Below, piece by piece: positions 19,931 to 30,083 of a stretch of 64,000 bases of DNA (positions within the stretch are counted from its first letter, which is position 1; the number at the start of each line of letters is the position of its first letter). Source of the DNA: a virus (taxonomy: Duplodnaviria; Caudoviricetes); IMG/VR virus record IMGVR_UViG_3300021387_001438, positions 11,359 through 75,358 of that record. One strand, written 5' to 3'. The notes beneath the pieces are model-generated. The model did not search any database and was not told where the DNA came from. It was given only the letters and a program-made list of their open reading frames with translations. The position numbers and the translations under genes are program-made.

Positions 19931-21013
19931 ATGCCTGCAGATAATAGAAAATTTTATAGATATAATGTAGAAGGAGAATATTTTGATGAGGATTCAGGAA
20001 TTATCAAAGAAATAATTTATTATCCTGATACAAAAGAAATTACTTTTACATTTTTAGATAATAGTCAAAAGACTGTTGAATTAGCTAATTTAGTTGCCAA
20101 CACAGAGTTGTCAACATTGTTAGCAAGATATATTACTTCCGATACACTTGATATTACCGAAGCAGAAGAAAGCACAAATATTGAAGTCCCAGAATCATAC
20201 AAGAATTGTTACATTGTTACAAGAAATGATATTAGCGATATTACAGTTTTATCTAATGATACTTATTCCATTACTTTGTCGGAAGAAATAGAGCAAGTCA
20301 TTACTGGTTTTAAACAAAATCTTTATGTAGATTGGGTAACAGAATTTCCAGAACTTTCAAGTATATTAGGTATCATTAAATTAACTAATTGTTATCCTTC
20401 AAAGAAAATAAATGGTGATGAAGAAGTACCTACTTATTATATTTTTAGTGCTACTGATGGTTTGAATGATTTTAGTATGGGTTTCTTTTATGAAGATGAT
20501 ACATGGAAAGTTACAATTACATATGGTGCTTTAGCCGATAGAGAGTATGTAAGTATGGAAGTCAGTCGATTAGAAATCCAAATCGGAGAAAAATCAACCA
20601 TTATTCCTAATCCAACTTTAGTTGGTGATGAGCCAGATTTAGAGGGTGCTGAAATTGATGGTGTTAAGTACAAAGTCGGTGGTGGTGGAAAGGAATATAT
20701 ACATAAAATTTCTTTGTCAAGTGTAACTTTTGGAAATTACAGTTTGGTAATAAAAAACCAAAATAATACTCCTTTTACTGTCAATGTTCTCACTGCATGG
20801 CTTTTATCTAATGGATATGTACAAAATGAAAGTTATTTAAGCGTATCACTTATTACAAAAGGAACAGATGATTCTATTGTAACTGGAATTTCTGCAAGAC
20901 CTAACTATTCTAATACTTTATATCTTAATACTATATATTTTAATGTTGATAAAATTGATTTATATAAATCAAACGACAGCCCTACAATTACTGATACAGT
21001 TACGGAGGTATAA
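19931..21013 (+). CDS. Tail fibre-like protein
   Basis: Shares the NPTLVGDEPDLEG block with 19264; beta-rich. Confidence 0.5.
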   Translation: MPADNRKFYRYNVEGEYFDEDSGIIKEIIYYPDTKEITFTFLDNSQKTVELANLVANTELSTLLARYITSDTLDITEAEESTNIEVPESYKNCYIVTRNDISDITVLSNDTYSITLSEEIEQVITGFKQNLYVDWVTEFPELSSILGIIKLTNCYPSKKINGDEEVPTYYIFSATDGLNDFSMGFFYEDDTWKVTITYGALADREYVSMEVSRLEIQIGEKSTIIPNPTLVGDEPDLEGAEIDGVKYKVGGGGKEYIHKISLSSVTFGNYSLVIKNQNNTPFTVNVLTAWLLSNGYVQNESYLSVSLITKGTDDSIVTGISARPNYSNTLYLNTIYFNVDKIDLYKSNDSPTITDTVTEV

Positions 21014-21015
21014 TC

Positions 21016-21192
21016 ATGAATTATTACTATAATGAAACTGAAAAATCTTTTGCAATAACAACTAATTTTGCTTACAGCCCTATTCCTAAAGGATTCAAAA
21101 AGATTTCAAAAGCAAAATATGAAGAATTGCAAGCAGAATTAAATCAAGAAAATACTGGTACTGGCGAAGCCAATTCCAGTGAAAATAATTAA
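21016..21192 (+). CDS. Small hypothetical protein, 58 aa (below the track cut-off; possible fibre chaperone)
   Basis: GGAGG RBS; MNYYYNETEKSFAITTNF...SSENN-stop read from the sequence. Confidence 0.6.
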   Translation: MNYYYNETEKSFAITTNFAYSPIPKGFKKISKAKYEELQAELNQENTGTGEANSSENN

Positions 21193-21217
21193 AAAATAAG
21201 AAAGGAAAAATAAAATT

Positions 21218-22351
21218 ATGGCAAATAGAAGTAAAGAAAATGTAAAAAGATTCGCAGAGAACATTTCAAAGGAGATGGCAACTGATGCTTACAATGGAGG
21301 CGGCGCAGTTGTAGTTACTGAATTACCAGAAACAGGCGAACCTCATACAATTTATGAATTACATCAAACTGCTGAACCTGCATATAATTGGGTTGCGATG
21401 TGTACTCAACAGATGTATGATGATGGTGTTGCTACAGGAAGAGAAGTTATGGGAGTATTACTCATTTTTGATACATATACTCAAATGACAAATGTATTTG
21501 GTAATATCACTATTACTGGTCTACTACCAAATATTCTTGCATATTTAAAAAATGAAGATAAATTATATGGTGTATTTGATGACAGAGGTGAATGGGGATT
21601 TATTGAAGTTGAAAAGCACTCTGATTATAGTTTTGGACCATTTATGGAAGATGCACCACTTACATATGTTCTTAAATCTTATGAAGGGTATGATGAAGCA
21701 ACTGATAAGTACTATGGTACATTATATGATGGTACTAGAGTAGAACTAGATAGCAGTAATAAAGGATTTATTCTTCATCAAACTAATCTTGGTAGTATGG
21801 AAGTAGTTATTTGTATGATGGATTTAAAAGCAATCCCGGTTGGTTCTACAGTATATACTGAAATTCCTTATAGTGATATAATTCAAAATCCAATGAACTT
21901 TCAAGAATGGGTGTTTAAACCAGACCAAGGAGGAGAAAAAGTTAGTTATTGGTATTATACTAATAATGAATGGGTTAATATGGATGAGATTCCTAGCACT
22001 AATATAGTTAAAATAGGTATTACTTGTTCTAATGGTACTTATAGCGTACTAACGCTACCATTAAACTCTATAACAGTAACATATGATGATGTAGATTATA
22101 GAGTTACTCAATATGCTCAAACTGAAGTAGCAACTGAAGTAGTAGATACCGTTACTTATTATGGATATATTGAAGTACCAATGCCTACTCAAGACAATCT
22201 TACTCATACTATCAAAGTGTCTACTACTGAACTAGCCATTAATTGGTGGTATGAAATGATATCTAATATAGCTTCTTCATTAAATGAAGATTATCCAACT
22301 GAGATACAAGGTATTCCAGCAATAAAGATATATTATGAATATAATGCTTAA
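21218..22351 (+). CDS. Fibre/adhesin-like protein, paralog of 17167
   Basis: MANR start, VVTELPETGEPHTIYELH, SYWYYTNNEWVNMD. Confidence 0.55.
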   Translation: MANRSKENVKRFAENISKEMATDAYNGGGAVVVTELPETGEPHTIYELHQTAEPAYNWVAMCTQQMYDDGVATGREVMGVLLIFDTYTQMTNVFGNITITGLLPNILAYLKNEDKLYGVFDDRGEWGFIEVEKHSDYSFGPFMEDAPLTYVLKSYEGYDEATDKYYGTLYDGTRVELDSSNKGFILHQTNLGSMEVVICMMDLKAIPVGSTVYTEIPYSDIIQNPMNFQEWVFKPDQGGEKVSYWYYTNNEWVNMDEIPSTNIVKIGITCSNGTYSVLTLPLNSITVTYDDVDYRVTQYAQTEVATEVVDTVTYYGYIEVPMPTQDNLTHTIKVSTTELAINWWYEMISNIASSLNEDYPTEIQGIPAIKIYYEYNA

Positions 22352-22384
22352 TATAGTAGCAATCAACTAATAATTAGGAAGAAA

Positions 22385-22419
22385 ATAAAAAGAACACTAG
22401 ATTCTAGCGTTCTTTTTAT
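22385..22419. terminator. Bidirectional intrinsic terminator
   Basis: ATAAAAAGAAC-ACTAG / CTAGC-GTTCTTTTTAT inverted repeat between convergent gene blocks. Confidence 0.75.
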
Positions 22420-22420
22420 T

Positions 22421-23089
22421 TTATATATTTACTCTTCCTTTTGGTTTTATATGTGATTTCTTTGGTCTTCTATCATTTAAAAATGGAAATGCATCTGATT
22501 TAACTATCCAACTTATACCAAAGAAAAATAATGCGATAGCTTCTATTATCCATGTAAGATTATAACAATCAAATCCAGGAATAAAATCTAATAAAAATAA
22601 TGTAAATGAGCCAATCATACCAATACCACATATACGATAAATAATATTTTTAATTCTCTTTTGTTTAGTAGTCGTACCTCCTGTTTTTGTAAACAAGAAG
22701 AACGACATAAATGCTAAAACACTGAAAAATCCTACAGCACTTATACAATGAAAAATATTACTTATATTTGATGGTAAATGTAAAATTCCTGTTTTGGTAT
22801 CTGGATTATCTAAATAAGTCATAGGAAATAGACAAATTAAAATACCAAATACTCCGGCAATTGTTGATGAAATATCATCCAATTTATCATATCCTTTATA
22901 ATTAATAAGTAATATTCCTGCACTACCAAGAATTACCATAAATGTTCCAACTGTAAAGTATGAATAATAAGTTATTGATATTGATTGAACCCAAGATAAA
23001 CTAATTAAAACTACCATCCATGGAAGTAGTATACCAAGAATTCCAATCATAATTCTCATTCTTTTTGTATCAACAGTTACATCTCTCAT
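22421..23089 (-). CDS. Multi-pass membrane protein (DUF998-like)
   Basis: About six hydrophobic segments; GILGILLPW and YKGYDKLD motifs. Confidence 0.65.
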   Translation of the reverse strand: MRDVTVDTKRMRIMIGILGILLPWMVVLISLSWVQSISITYYSYFTVGTFMVILGSAGILLINYKGYDKLDDISSTIAGVFGILICLFPMTYLDNPDTKTGILHLPSNISNIFHCISAVGFFSVLAFMSFFLFTKTGGTTTKQKRIKNIIYRICGIGMIGSFTLFLLDFIPGFDCYNLTWIIEAIALFFFGISWIVKSDAFPFLNDRRPKKSHIKPKGRVNI

Positions 23090-23101
23090 ATTTATTTCTC
23101 C

Positions 23102-25138
23102 TTAAATTATATTTCCATAGAATTTTACTGCTACTCTTATATTAGCTACGAATCCATCGGCATGAGTTCTGAATTTTAATTCATCAGCATGATTCTTATC
23201 ATACTTAAAATTATCAATATCTGCCTTTGTTAATACACAACTTGTATCAAGTAAAACCTGTTTTCTTGAGAATCCAAGATTTAAGTTTGATACCGATTTA
23301 TCAAAGTCGATTCCATATGTATATCTTTCGATTGAAAGTTGGTCATTAAATATTCCACTCAAAGATTCATCCAAACTACAATCAATGAATACATTTTTAT
23401 CTGGAGCAAACTCTTTTAATTTTCTTAATCCTTCATCAAAATTTGCGATAAACATTTGTTCCCTTGTTACAATAAGCTTAGAAATTACATCATATTTAAT
23501 TGCGATTTCTGATACTTTCCATACATCTCTATCTTTATAAACAAATACATTTGTATAATCATAAAGCTCTTTAGTAACTTTAAGCATATTTGAATCATTA
23601 AATGATTTACCATAAACCGCAAATCTTTTATCCATGAAACAGAATAATACTAATTGTGAGAATGCATCAACAATATCATCGTGGTCTACAGATGGGAATG
23701 CTAAAAGTTTATTTTTTAATAATTCAAGTGCGGGTGATAATTTCCATGTGCCACTTAATTTATCAAAAACATCTTTAACAAATACAACATTTCCACCGGC
23801 TTCTAAATTCATACCAGAATTCATATAAAGTGTTGCTGATTCAAGTCTTTGATATTTAGATTGACTTCCTGGCTGGAAAGTTTTTAGACCTGCAACCTTG
23901 TCAGAAAGCTGTTGAAGAATTGGAGCACCATTTGCTTTATCTTCGACAACCTGAATAATTCCTGGGAATTTCTCTTCAAGAGTTGTTACATACTCAATAG
24001 ATTTATTAAATGCTTGCTTAACTTCTAATGCATCTTTAATATATAATCTTGAACCAACCTTATATGCTAAAACAGAACCCAAGAAATCTGATTTTTCTTT
24101 ATCTTTTACTGGGAAGTCATGAGAAGCATAAATTTCTTTTGATTGTGAAATAGATGGACATTTTGGTAGGTCTTCCTCATAAATCATTTCTTCCTTTACA
24201 GGAGCATCATCAGAAGCAGTTGGGTCTTGAAGATACTGTGTTCTAAATACAGATTCACCAACATTATTTCTAATTTCAGAATAATCACCGAATCGTTCTG
24301 GCCAAAGAGGAGCTCCTTTACCAAAACAAATTACATCTCCTGAAATAGGACAAATAAATAAAGTAGCCTTTGAGAATAGTGCCGGAAAATTTACGAAGAT
24401 GTAACTATTTCGTAGATTCTCATCATTCATAATTCTTCCTGTTATATCGTTTCTAGATAGTCTCTGTTGAATATTTATAATGATACACTTGTTGATATTA
24501 TTAATACGAGATGGCATGGTATTTTGATAATAATGCCAAGCATTAGACATTTCTTGTTTATCCTTACGAGCTTGCTCTGCATTAACTAAATCATCGTTGA
24601 TGATAATATCACCACCATAGCCGGTCATGGCATCACGAGATTGAGAATAAAGTTCGCCACCTCTACTATCAACAAGAGATTCTGCAGTATCAGTAATGAT
24701 TTTTATATCTGGATATAACTCTTTAAATCTAGCTGAATTAACAATAGCTTTTCTTTTAGAGTTCATTTTTGTAGCAAGCCCACCTTTATGGGAAATAGAT
24801 ACTGCTTTTATTGGTGCAAATGTCCATAACCAAACAGGACCAAATACATTAAATATACTTGATTTACTGTGTCTTGGTGGAATTGTAATATTTATATTTT
24901 TCTTCTTTTTTCTGATGTCGATTACTTCGTAATCCTCAACATTGTTAGGTAATATAACATCTGGATTTTCATAACCAATCCAATCTCTACACATATATTG
25001 AAAAGTTTCACAAAAAATTTGTACTATTTTACCATCTTCAAATTTTGCAGGTTCACATGTTGGCCAAAAGTCCTTCACGAAATCGTAGAAGGACTTTTTA
25101 TAAAGCTCTCGATAGAGTAACTTTTCTGTGGCATTCAT
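23102..25138 (-). CDS. terL: Terminase large subunit
   Basis: Walker A ITIPPRHSKS, Walker B IIINDD, nuclease motifs SHDFP, VEDKANG and HDDIVDA. Confidence 0.9.
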   Translation of the reverse strand: MNATEKLLYRELYKKSFYDFVKDFWPTCEPAKFEDGKIVQIFCETFQYMCRDWIGYENPDVILPNNVEDYEVIDIRKKKKNINITIPPRHSKSSIFNVFGPVWLWTFAPIKAVSISHKGGLATKMNSKRKAIVNSARFKELYPDIKIITDTAESLVDSRGGELYSQSRDAMTGYGGDIIINDDLVNAEQARKDKQEMSNAWHYYQNTMPSRINNINKCIIINIQQRLSRNDITGRIMNDENLRNSYIFVNFPALFSKATLFICPISGDVICFGKGAPLWPERFGDYSEIRNNVGESVFRTQYLQDPTASDDAPVKEEMIYEEDLPKCPSISQSKEIYASHDFPVKDKEKSDFLGSVLAYKVGSRLYIKDALEVKQAFNKSIEYVTTLEEKFPGIIQVVEDKANGAPILQQLSDKVAGLKTFQPGSQSKYQRLESATLYMNSGMNLEAGGNVVFVKDVFDKLSGTWKLSPALELLKNKLLAFPSVDHDDIVDAFSQLVLFCFMDKRFAVYGKSFNDSNMLKVTKELYDYTNVFVYKDRDVWKVSEIAIKYDVISKLIVTREQMFIANFDEGLRKLKEFAPDKNVFIDCSLDESLSGIFNDQLSIERYTYGIDFDKSVSNLNLGFSRKQVLLDTSCVLTKADIDNFKYDKNHADELKFRTHADGFVANIRVAVKFYGNII

Positions 25139-25141
25139 GTA

Positions 25142-25579
25142 TTAAGCCTTAGTTTCTTCAGATGGTTTTTCTTCTGTAGTCTTTTCACTAATTGCTTTAA
25201 CTTTTTCTAAATATGCTTTTTCAGTTTCTCTAAACATATCAAATGTATTGATAAGTAATGTAACAATGGATTCCGTTGTTAAATCAGAATGAGCTAAATT
25301 ATTCTTTTTTTCATTTTCATAATTGTAGATTAATAAACTAACCGCAGTTAAGCTATCATTAAATGTTAGGGCTTTTGCAGCTAAAACATTTCTGTCGGCC
25401 TTTAATGACTCAAGAAAATTCTCATTAATCTTGTCATTATCTGGACTCTTTTCAATAATGTTGATTAATACATCTTGCTGAACAAGTGCCTTTTCAACAT
25501 CTTCTTTAGCCTTTGTTAGGCTCTGCTTTACCTCATAAAGCTTTGAAATTTTTGATACTAGATTTACTTGTGTTTCCAT
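25142..25579 (-). CDS. Hypothetical coiled-coil protein
   Basis: ORF abutting neighbours in the operon; AGGAG RBS. Confidence 0.65.
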   Translation of the reverse strand: METQVNLVSKISKLYEVKQSLTKAKEDVEKALVQQDVLINIIEKSPDNDKINENFLESLKADRNVLAAKALTFNDSLTAVSLLIYNYENEKKNNLAHSDLTTESIVTLLINTFDMFRETEKAYLEKVKAISEKTTEEKPSEETKA

Positions 25580-25580
25580 T

Positions 25581-27356
25581 TTAAATAAATTCTCCTATTC
25601 TCTCATAAATTCTTTCTACATAGTAATCATAATCAATATTTTTTTCCAAAAAATCTTTGGCTTCATCAGTGAATAAATCACGATTATAAATAAATACTGA
25701 ATTTGGTAAACTTGCAACCTTTGCAACTTTATCTTTTGCAACACCTTTTTTATGCTTATTTACCATACCAATACATTTTTTATTATTCCATGCAAATGCT
25801 CTACAAATCGGACCAACATTCATTGATGATGTTGAACCATCAGAATTAATTAAATCATAAGTTAAATAATTGAATGTACCTTTTTTACAAGCATATTGGA
25901 ATAATCTAAAATCATCTTTTAATTCTTCAACAGTTTCTTCTGGTGTTTTATCATATATTAGTGCATTAACAATACCTTTTGCGATAATCGCGGGTTCTTT
26001 ACAATTAAATATTGTTCCAGCGGAATATGCTTTATCAGAGAAATCATAGTTTTTAAGTGCTTCACCTTTAACTTCAACATCTCCATGCTCATCTTGATAA
26101 ATATAGTTATTAACATCTCGCTGAAACAAATTATAAATATATTTTGGTTTTATAACAAAATTAGTTCGCTTTAACCAACCATCAAGAATCTCAAGAATCT
26201 TCTTTTCATCTTCATCAGAATTAGGAAGCAACATTAATCCATCTGTATTAGTTTGGACAAATATGCAATATTTGTATATTTTTTCCATTAAATCTATAAG
26301 GAATAATTCACCTGTGACTGGTACTAAAGTACCAATTTCAGGGTCATACATTGCTGAACCTTTATATCCTTGAGCACCAAAAACTGCTAAAAGAATTGTT
26401 TTATATGATTTTCTTTTTGGACTAGATGGGTCAATTTTCTTTAAAGCTATTTGTTGGTCATACATCATTACATATCTCTTTTTTCCTTCTTCTGGAATTG
26501 CACGAGATAATAAATCATAATTAATCATAACTAAATTATAATAGCCTGACACATCTAAATATAATAATCTTTTATAATAAACTTTTTTAAGTGCCTGATG
26601 TAATCCACCAGCACCTAAAGATAATACTGCATTACCAATAGTAATTTCTTTCATTTTAGTAGAAGTCCTAAACTCTTCATTTAAATAAAAATCAATTACT
26701 TCTTGATTTTCAATAATTAAATTTGAATACATTTTTGGTGGAACTTTTTTATATTCTAATGATACATCTTTTTTAGCCATCAAAACTGTTGAAGCAATTT
26801 GAGCTCCTGTCATATCTAAACAATCAGCTAAATCAAGTTTCCATTCTTTAATGATATCTAATCTTAATTCAAATCTATCATATGTTGCTCTAAAATTATA
26901 TAATGTTTGATATAAGTCTGATTGATTATATTTTTCAGTCAATCTCTTTTCTTCTTCTGTTAAAGGCCTATCCAAGTCAAAGTCAACTTCTGTTGTATCA
27001 ATTGACTTACCTGCGATAAGTTCTGTAAGCTTTAATGAGATTTGTTCACCATAGCCTGTATTCATTACATCATAGTGATAAAACTTCAAATTTGAGTAAA
27101 TTTTCTCACCATTAATAATTGCTTTAGAAGTCTTATAAGAATCTTTATCTTTAGATATTGCTTCTAAAACTAGATTATCATAAAACTTACCATTCCAATT
27201 TATATAAATTGAATCTTCATAAGTACACTCAAAGAAATTTTTGATATCATTTATATCCCATATTTGATATAATTTTTGACTATTTCCATCAATTACAATA
27301 CATCCAAATAATGTATCATACTTAAAAACTTCGAAGTCACATATAATCAACTTCAA
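25581..27356 (-). CDS. DNA polymerase, family B, with 3'-5' exonuclease domain
   Basis: ExoI CDFEV, ExoII NGKFYD, pol motifs YLDVSGYY, KTILLAVFG, QTNTDG. Confidence 0.85.
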   Translation of the reverse strand: MKLIICDFEVFKYDTLFGCIVIDGNSQKLYQIWDINDIKNFFECTYEDSIYINWNGKFYDNLVLEAISKDKDSYKTSKAIINGEKIYSNLKFYHYDVMNTGYGEQISLKLTELIAGKSIDTTEVDFDLDRPLTEEEKRLTEKYNQSDLYQTLYNFRATYDRFELRLDIIKEWKLDLADCLDMTGAQIASTVLMAKKDVSLEYKKVPPKMYSNLIIENQEVIDFYLNEEFRTSTKMKEITIGNAVLSLGAGGLHQALKKVYYKRLLYLDVSGYYNLVMINYDLLSRAIPEEGKKRYVMMYDQQIALKKIDPSSPKRKSYKTILLAVFGAQGYKGSAMYDPEIGTLVPVTGELFLIDLMEKIYKYCIFVQTNTDGLMLLPNSDEDEKKILEILDGWLKRTNFVIKPKYIYNLFQRDVNNYIYQDEHGDVEVKGEALKNYDFSDKAYSAGTIFNCKEPAIIAKGIVNALIYDKTPEETVEELKDDFRLFQYACKKGTFNYLTYDLINSDGSTSSMNVGPICRAFAWNNKKCIGMVNKHKKGVAKDKVAKVASLPNSVFIYNRDLFTDEAKDFLEKNIDYDYYVERIYERIGEFI

Positions 27357-27367
27357 ATGACATCACG

Positions 27368-27778
27368 CTACTTTCCTGTTGAGCCGTTCCAACCAGCACC
27401 TCTTGCTTCACCTAAATCATCAACAAAGTCACAAATAACTACTGGAACAATAACTAATTGACCAATTCTATCTCCACGCTTAATTTCATAATCATGATTA
27501 GATTGATTAGTAATAATCGCATGAATTGGTCCTCTATAAGAAGAATCAATTGGTGATAGTTGAGTAATAATTCCTAACTTTGATAAGCTTGACCTTGGAT
27601 GAATAAATCCAGTATATCCATTTGGAATTTCAGTACCAAAACCAAGATTGATTGCATATGTTTCATGAGCTTTAATAATAACATCTTCAGGTGAATAGCA
27701 ATCTGCGCCAGCATCATCATAATGCTTTCTACATGGAGCTTGATAGAAATTATCAAACTTAATAATTTTAATTTTCAT
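27368..27778 (-). CDS. dut: dUTPase (trimeric)
   Basis: DAGAD, PRSS, IDSSYRG, RIGQLV, RG.GWNGSTG motifs. Confidence 0.95.
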   Translation of the reverse strand: MKIKIIKFDNFYQAPCRKHYDDAGADCYSPEDVIIKAHETYAINLGFGTEIPNGYTGFIHPRSSLSKLGIITQLSPIDSSYRGPIHAIITNQSNHDYEIKRGDRIGQLVIVPVVICDFVDDLGEARGAGWNGSTGK

Positions 27779-28535
27779 TTTTTACCTCTTTATATAATAA
27801 TGGGAATTTTTTTCTTAATAATTCTGTTGGATTGTCAGTCTTAGCAAATGGACAGTTACATGCCATTTTGCCTTCTTGACAACCTCTTTTTTGACATGGA
27901 GCACCAGTTGTACTTATTGAAAATAAAATTGGGTCTAACTTATATAATTCTTCCCATATTCTTAATGTAACATATTGAGTTTCTAATGTATTTCTGTTAC
28001 AAATTCTTGTTGAAATCATTTGTTTAAATGCAAGTGGGTTAGCAGAAATAATTAAAACATTCCTTAATCCTTGAGGAGCCATATAACCAGCTGCATCATT
28101 ATCAATTCCATTTGTTACAGCATTTCTATAATCTGTCATAGATTTTCTGCAAGATTTTAAATAATCTTTTTCTTGATGCTTTTCCATAATATCATATGGA
28201 ACAACAAAGTCTGCTTTACCAGAATAATCTGAATATTGAAGACTTGCTGATGTAAATGTAAAGCCAGCAGTATGTCTTGTAATTTGTGCTAAGAATCTTC
28301 TTGATGCACCAACTACAACAATATTGATAGTTGCAAATCTTTGAATAGTAGTATGTGGTAATTCACACATCATTTGATAAGTTTCATCTTTTGATGACTT
28401 ATTATATAAATCAATAAAATCATTCATTGATTTAATGTTATGACCTCTTTGTGTTAATCTTGCTGCACAAACTGTCATTTTTCTTGAAGTTTCTAATACT
28501 TCTGGATTTAATACTTTTACTTCTATATTATTCAT
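27768..28535 (-). CDS. thyX: FAD-dependent thymidylate synthase
   Basis: RRFLAQITRH...SASLQY, RICNRN; start set at MNNIEV from the RBS. Confidence 0.85.
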   Translation of the reverse strand: MNNIEVKVLNPEVLETSRKMTVCAARLTQRGHNIKSMNDFIDLYNKSSKDETYQMMCELPHTTIQRFATINIVVVGASRRFLAQITRHTAGFTFTSASLQYSDYSGKADFVVPYDIMEKHQEKDYLKSCRKSMTDYRNAVTNGIDNDAAGYMAPQGLRNVLIISANPLAFKQMISTRICNRNTLETQYVTLRIWEELYKLDPILFSISTTGAPCQKRGCQEGKMACNCPFAKTDNPTELLRKKFPLLYKEVKNEN

Positions 28536-28950
28536 TTTGAACACCTTCCTTAGTAGGACGTTTTAAAACCATACCTGCACTAAAAAGAGTTTCTGATACA
28601 GACTTTTTATCTTTGTTAGTATCAAAATATTCTCTTACAAATATATTTTTTTCATCCATAAGAAGTGCTCTGAGTAAAATAAAATAGTTGATACAGTCTA
28701 AAAGCTTCTCATCCCATTTTTCCATTGTAAAATTATCATAATTTTTAGCCATATCAAAAACTGACATAATGTGTTTTGTTAGATATCCTAATAAAGTATT
28801 TACTGAATTAGTATCTAACAATTGTGCACCAGCTTTAAAACTATGTAATCTATCACTAGAAAAATCATATTCTTTACTTTTGGAAGCTAATAGTTCTGAA
28901 CAACTATTTAAGGTATTTTGCAAAACGATATTGAATTCCTTTGGTGTCAT
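28528..28950 (-). CDS. All-alpha NTP-pyrophosphatase-like protein (DUF1599/Nmad1-like)
   Basis: KSKEY...DRLHSFK, YLTKH, EKLLDCINYFIL pattern; located in the nucleotide cluster. Confidence 0.5.
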   Translation of the reverse strand: MTPKEFNIVLQNTLNSCSELLASKSKEYDFSSDRLHSFKAGAQLLDTNSVNTLLGYLTKHIMSVFDMAKNYDNFTMEKWDEKLLDCINYFILLRALLMDEKNIFVREYFDTNKDKKSVSETLFSAGMVLKRPTKEGVQNE

Positions 28951-29158
28951 GTTGTTTAATCCTTTCTGATATTTCTACTAAGTCGTCACTTGAAATTAAA
29001 ATTTCAAGATTCATCTTAGTCTTAATGTATTCTTCTAAATCAATACCAGTATTATATACAATGCCAGTTTCTAATGATTTAAAAGAATTATCATTTATTT
29101 TTTCAAATAAGTCAAATTGAGTTTTACCTAATTTAACTAAAGTATACTTGTTAATCAT
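28904..29158 (-). CDS. Hypothetical protein
   Basis: ORF in operon with GTGAT RBS. Confidence 0.55.
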   Translation of the reverse strand: MINKYTLVKLGKTQFDLFEKINDNSFKSLETGIVYNTGIDLEEYIKTKMNLEILISSDDLVEISERIKQHDTKGIQYRFAKYLK

Positions 29159-29165
29159 GTAATCA

Positions 29166-30062
29166 CTATCCTTTCACATGGTCAAACATATAATTAAAAT
29201 ATCTATATTCACGATAGTACCATTTTCTCTTATGGTCTGAATCTTTTGATTTAAAGAATGGACTAGATTCAATAATCTTTTTTATCATTTCTTTATCCTT
29301 TGTTACATAGCTATAAATATAACTAACAAGATAGAAATCTCTTTCAGACTCATCTGAATTAGCACCTGGAGCTTTTCCAAACCATATGTTTTGGAAATAG
29401 ATATTTTGTCTATACTGAGTAGTAACTATTTTTAATAGTTCTTCTAATGTTCTAGTTTCTTCATAATCACTATAATTTTCGTCTATTTTTAGTTTTTTAG
29501 GTCTAAGCATATAAATATCTAAAAAGTCATAAAGAATTGAATCTGGACAAATATTTATATCATTATCTGTAATTTTTTTACCTGTGACCGTAACATATCT
29601 GTAAGAATTTGACGGCTGGTAAAATTCAATTTCATTTTTAGAATTCTTAATATAATAATATTTATTATAATCTTCAATTACTTCTTCATATTTAAATAAT
29701 ATTCTTAAACCCGTTCCACTAAAACTAAATTCAATGTATGCAATATCTTTAAACAAATCAATAATCTTTTTTGCTCTCTCATCTGCAGATGATGATTCAA
29801 ATGGAATACCAAAACAGTGGTCAACATCAATAGCAAATATATTGCTGGCTTGAATTGATATTCCAAGTCCTTTATAATCAGGTAATAAATCAATGTTAAT
29901 ATCATAGAAATCAACAAAGTCATTTACATTATTTGGACTAGCCTTTGAACCATCTTGCTTATGAGGAATTTTATTTTCATCAACTAAGCAAAATCTTAAT
30001 CCACAGTCTGTTAGTTTGTTATTTGTTAGTATTTGTTGATATGTTTCATAAGCATTGTACAT
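29166..30062 (-). CDS. Primase-polymerase (AEP, NrS-1-like) with C-terminal helical domain
   Basis: AIDVDH, EFSFSGTGLRI, YVTVTG, SERDFYL motifs. Confidence 0.8.
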   Translation of the reverse strand: MYNAYETYQQILTNNKLTDCGLRFCLVDENKIPHKQDGSKASPNNVNDFVDFYDINIDLLPDYKGLGISIQASNIFAIDVDHCFGIPFESSSADERAKKIIDLFKDIAYIEFSFSGTGLRILFKYEEVIEDYNKYYYIKNSKNEIEFYQPSNSYRYVTVTGKKITDNDINICPDSILYDFLDIYMLRPKKLKIDENYSDYEETRTLEELLKIVTTQYRQNIYFQNIWFGKAPGANSDESERDFYLVSYIYSYVTKDKEMIKKIIESSPFFKSKDSDHKRKWYYREYRYFNYMFDHVKG

Positions 30063-30083
30063 AGTTGATACCTCACTAGAAAA

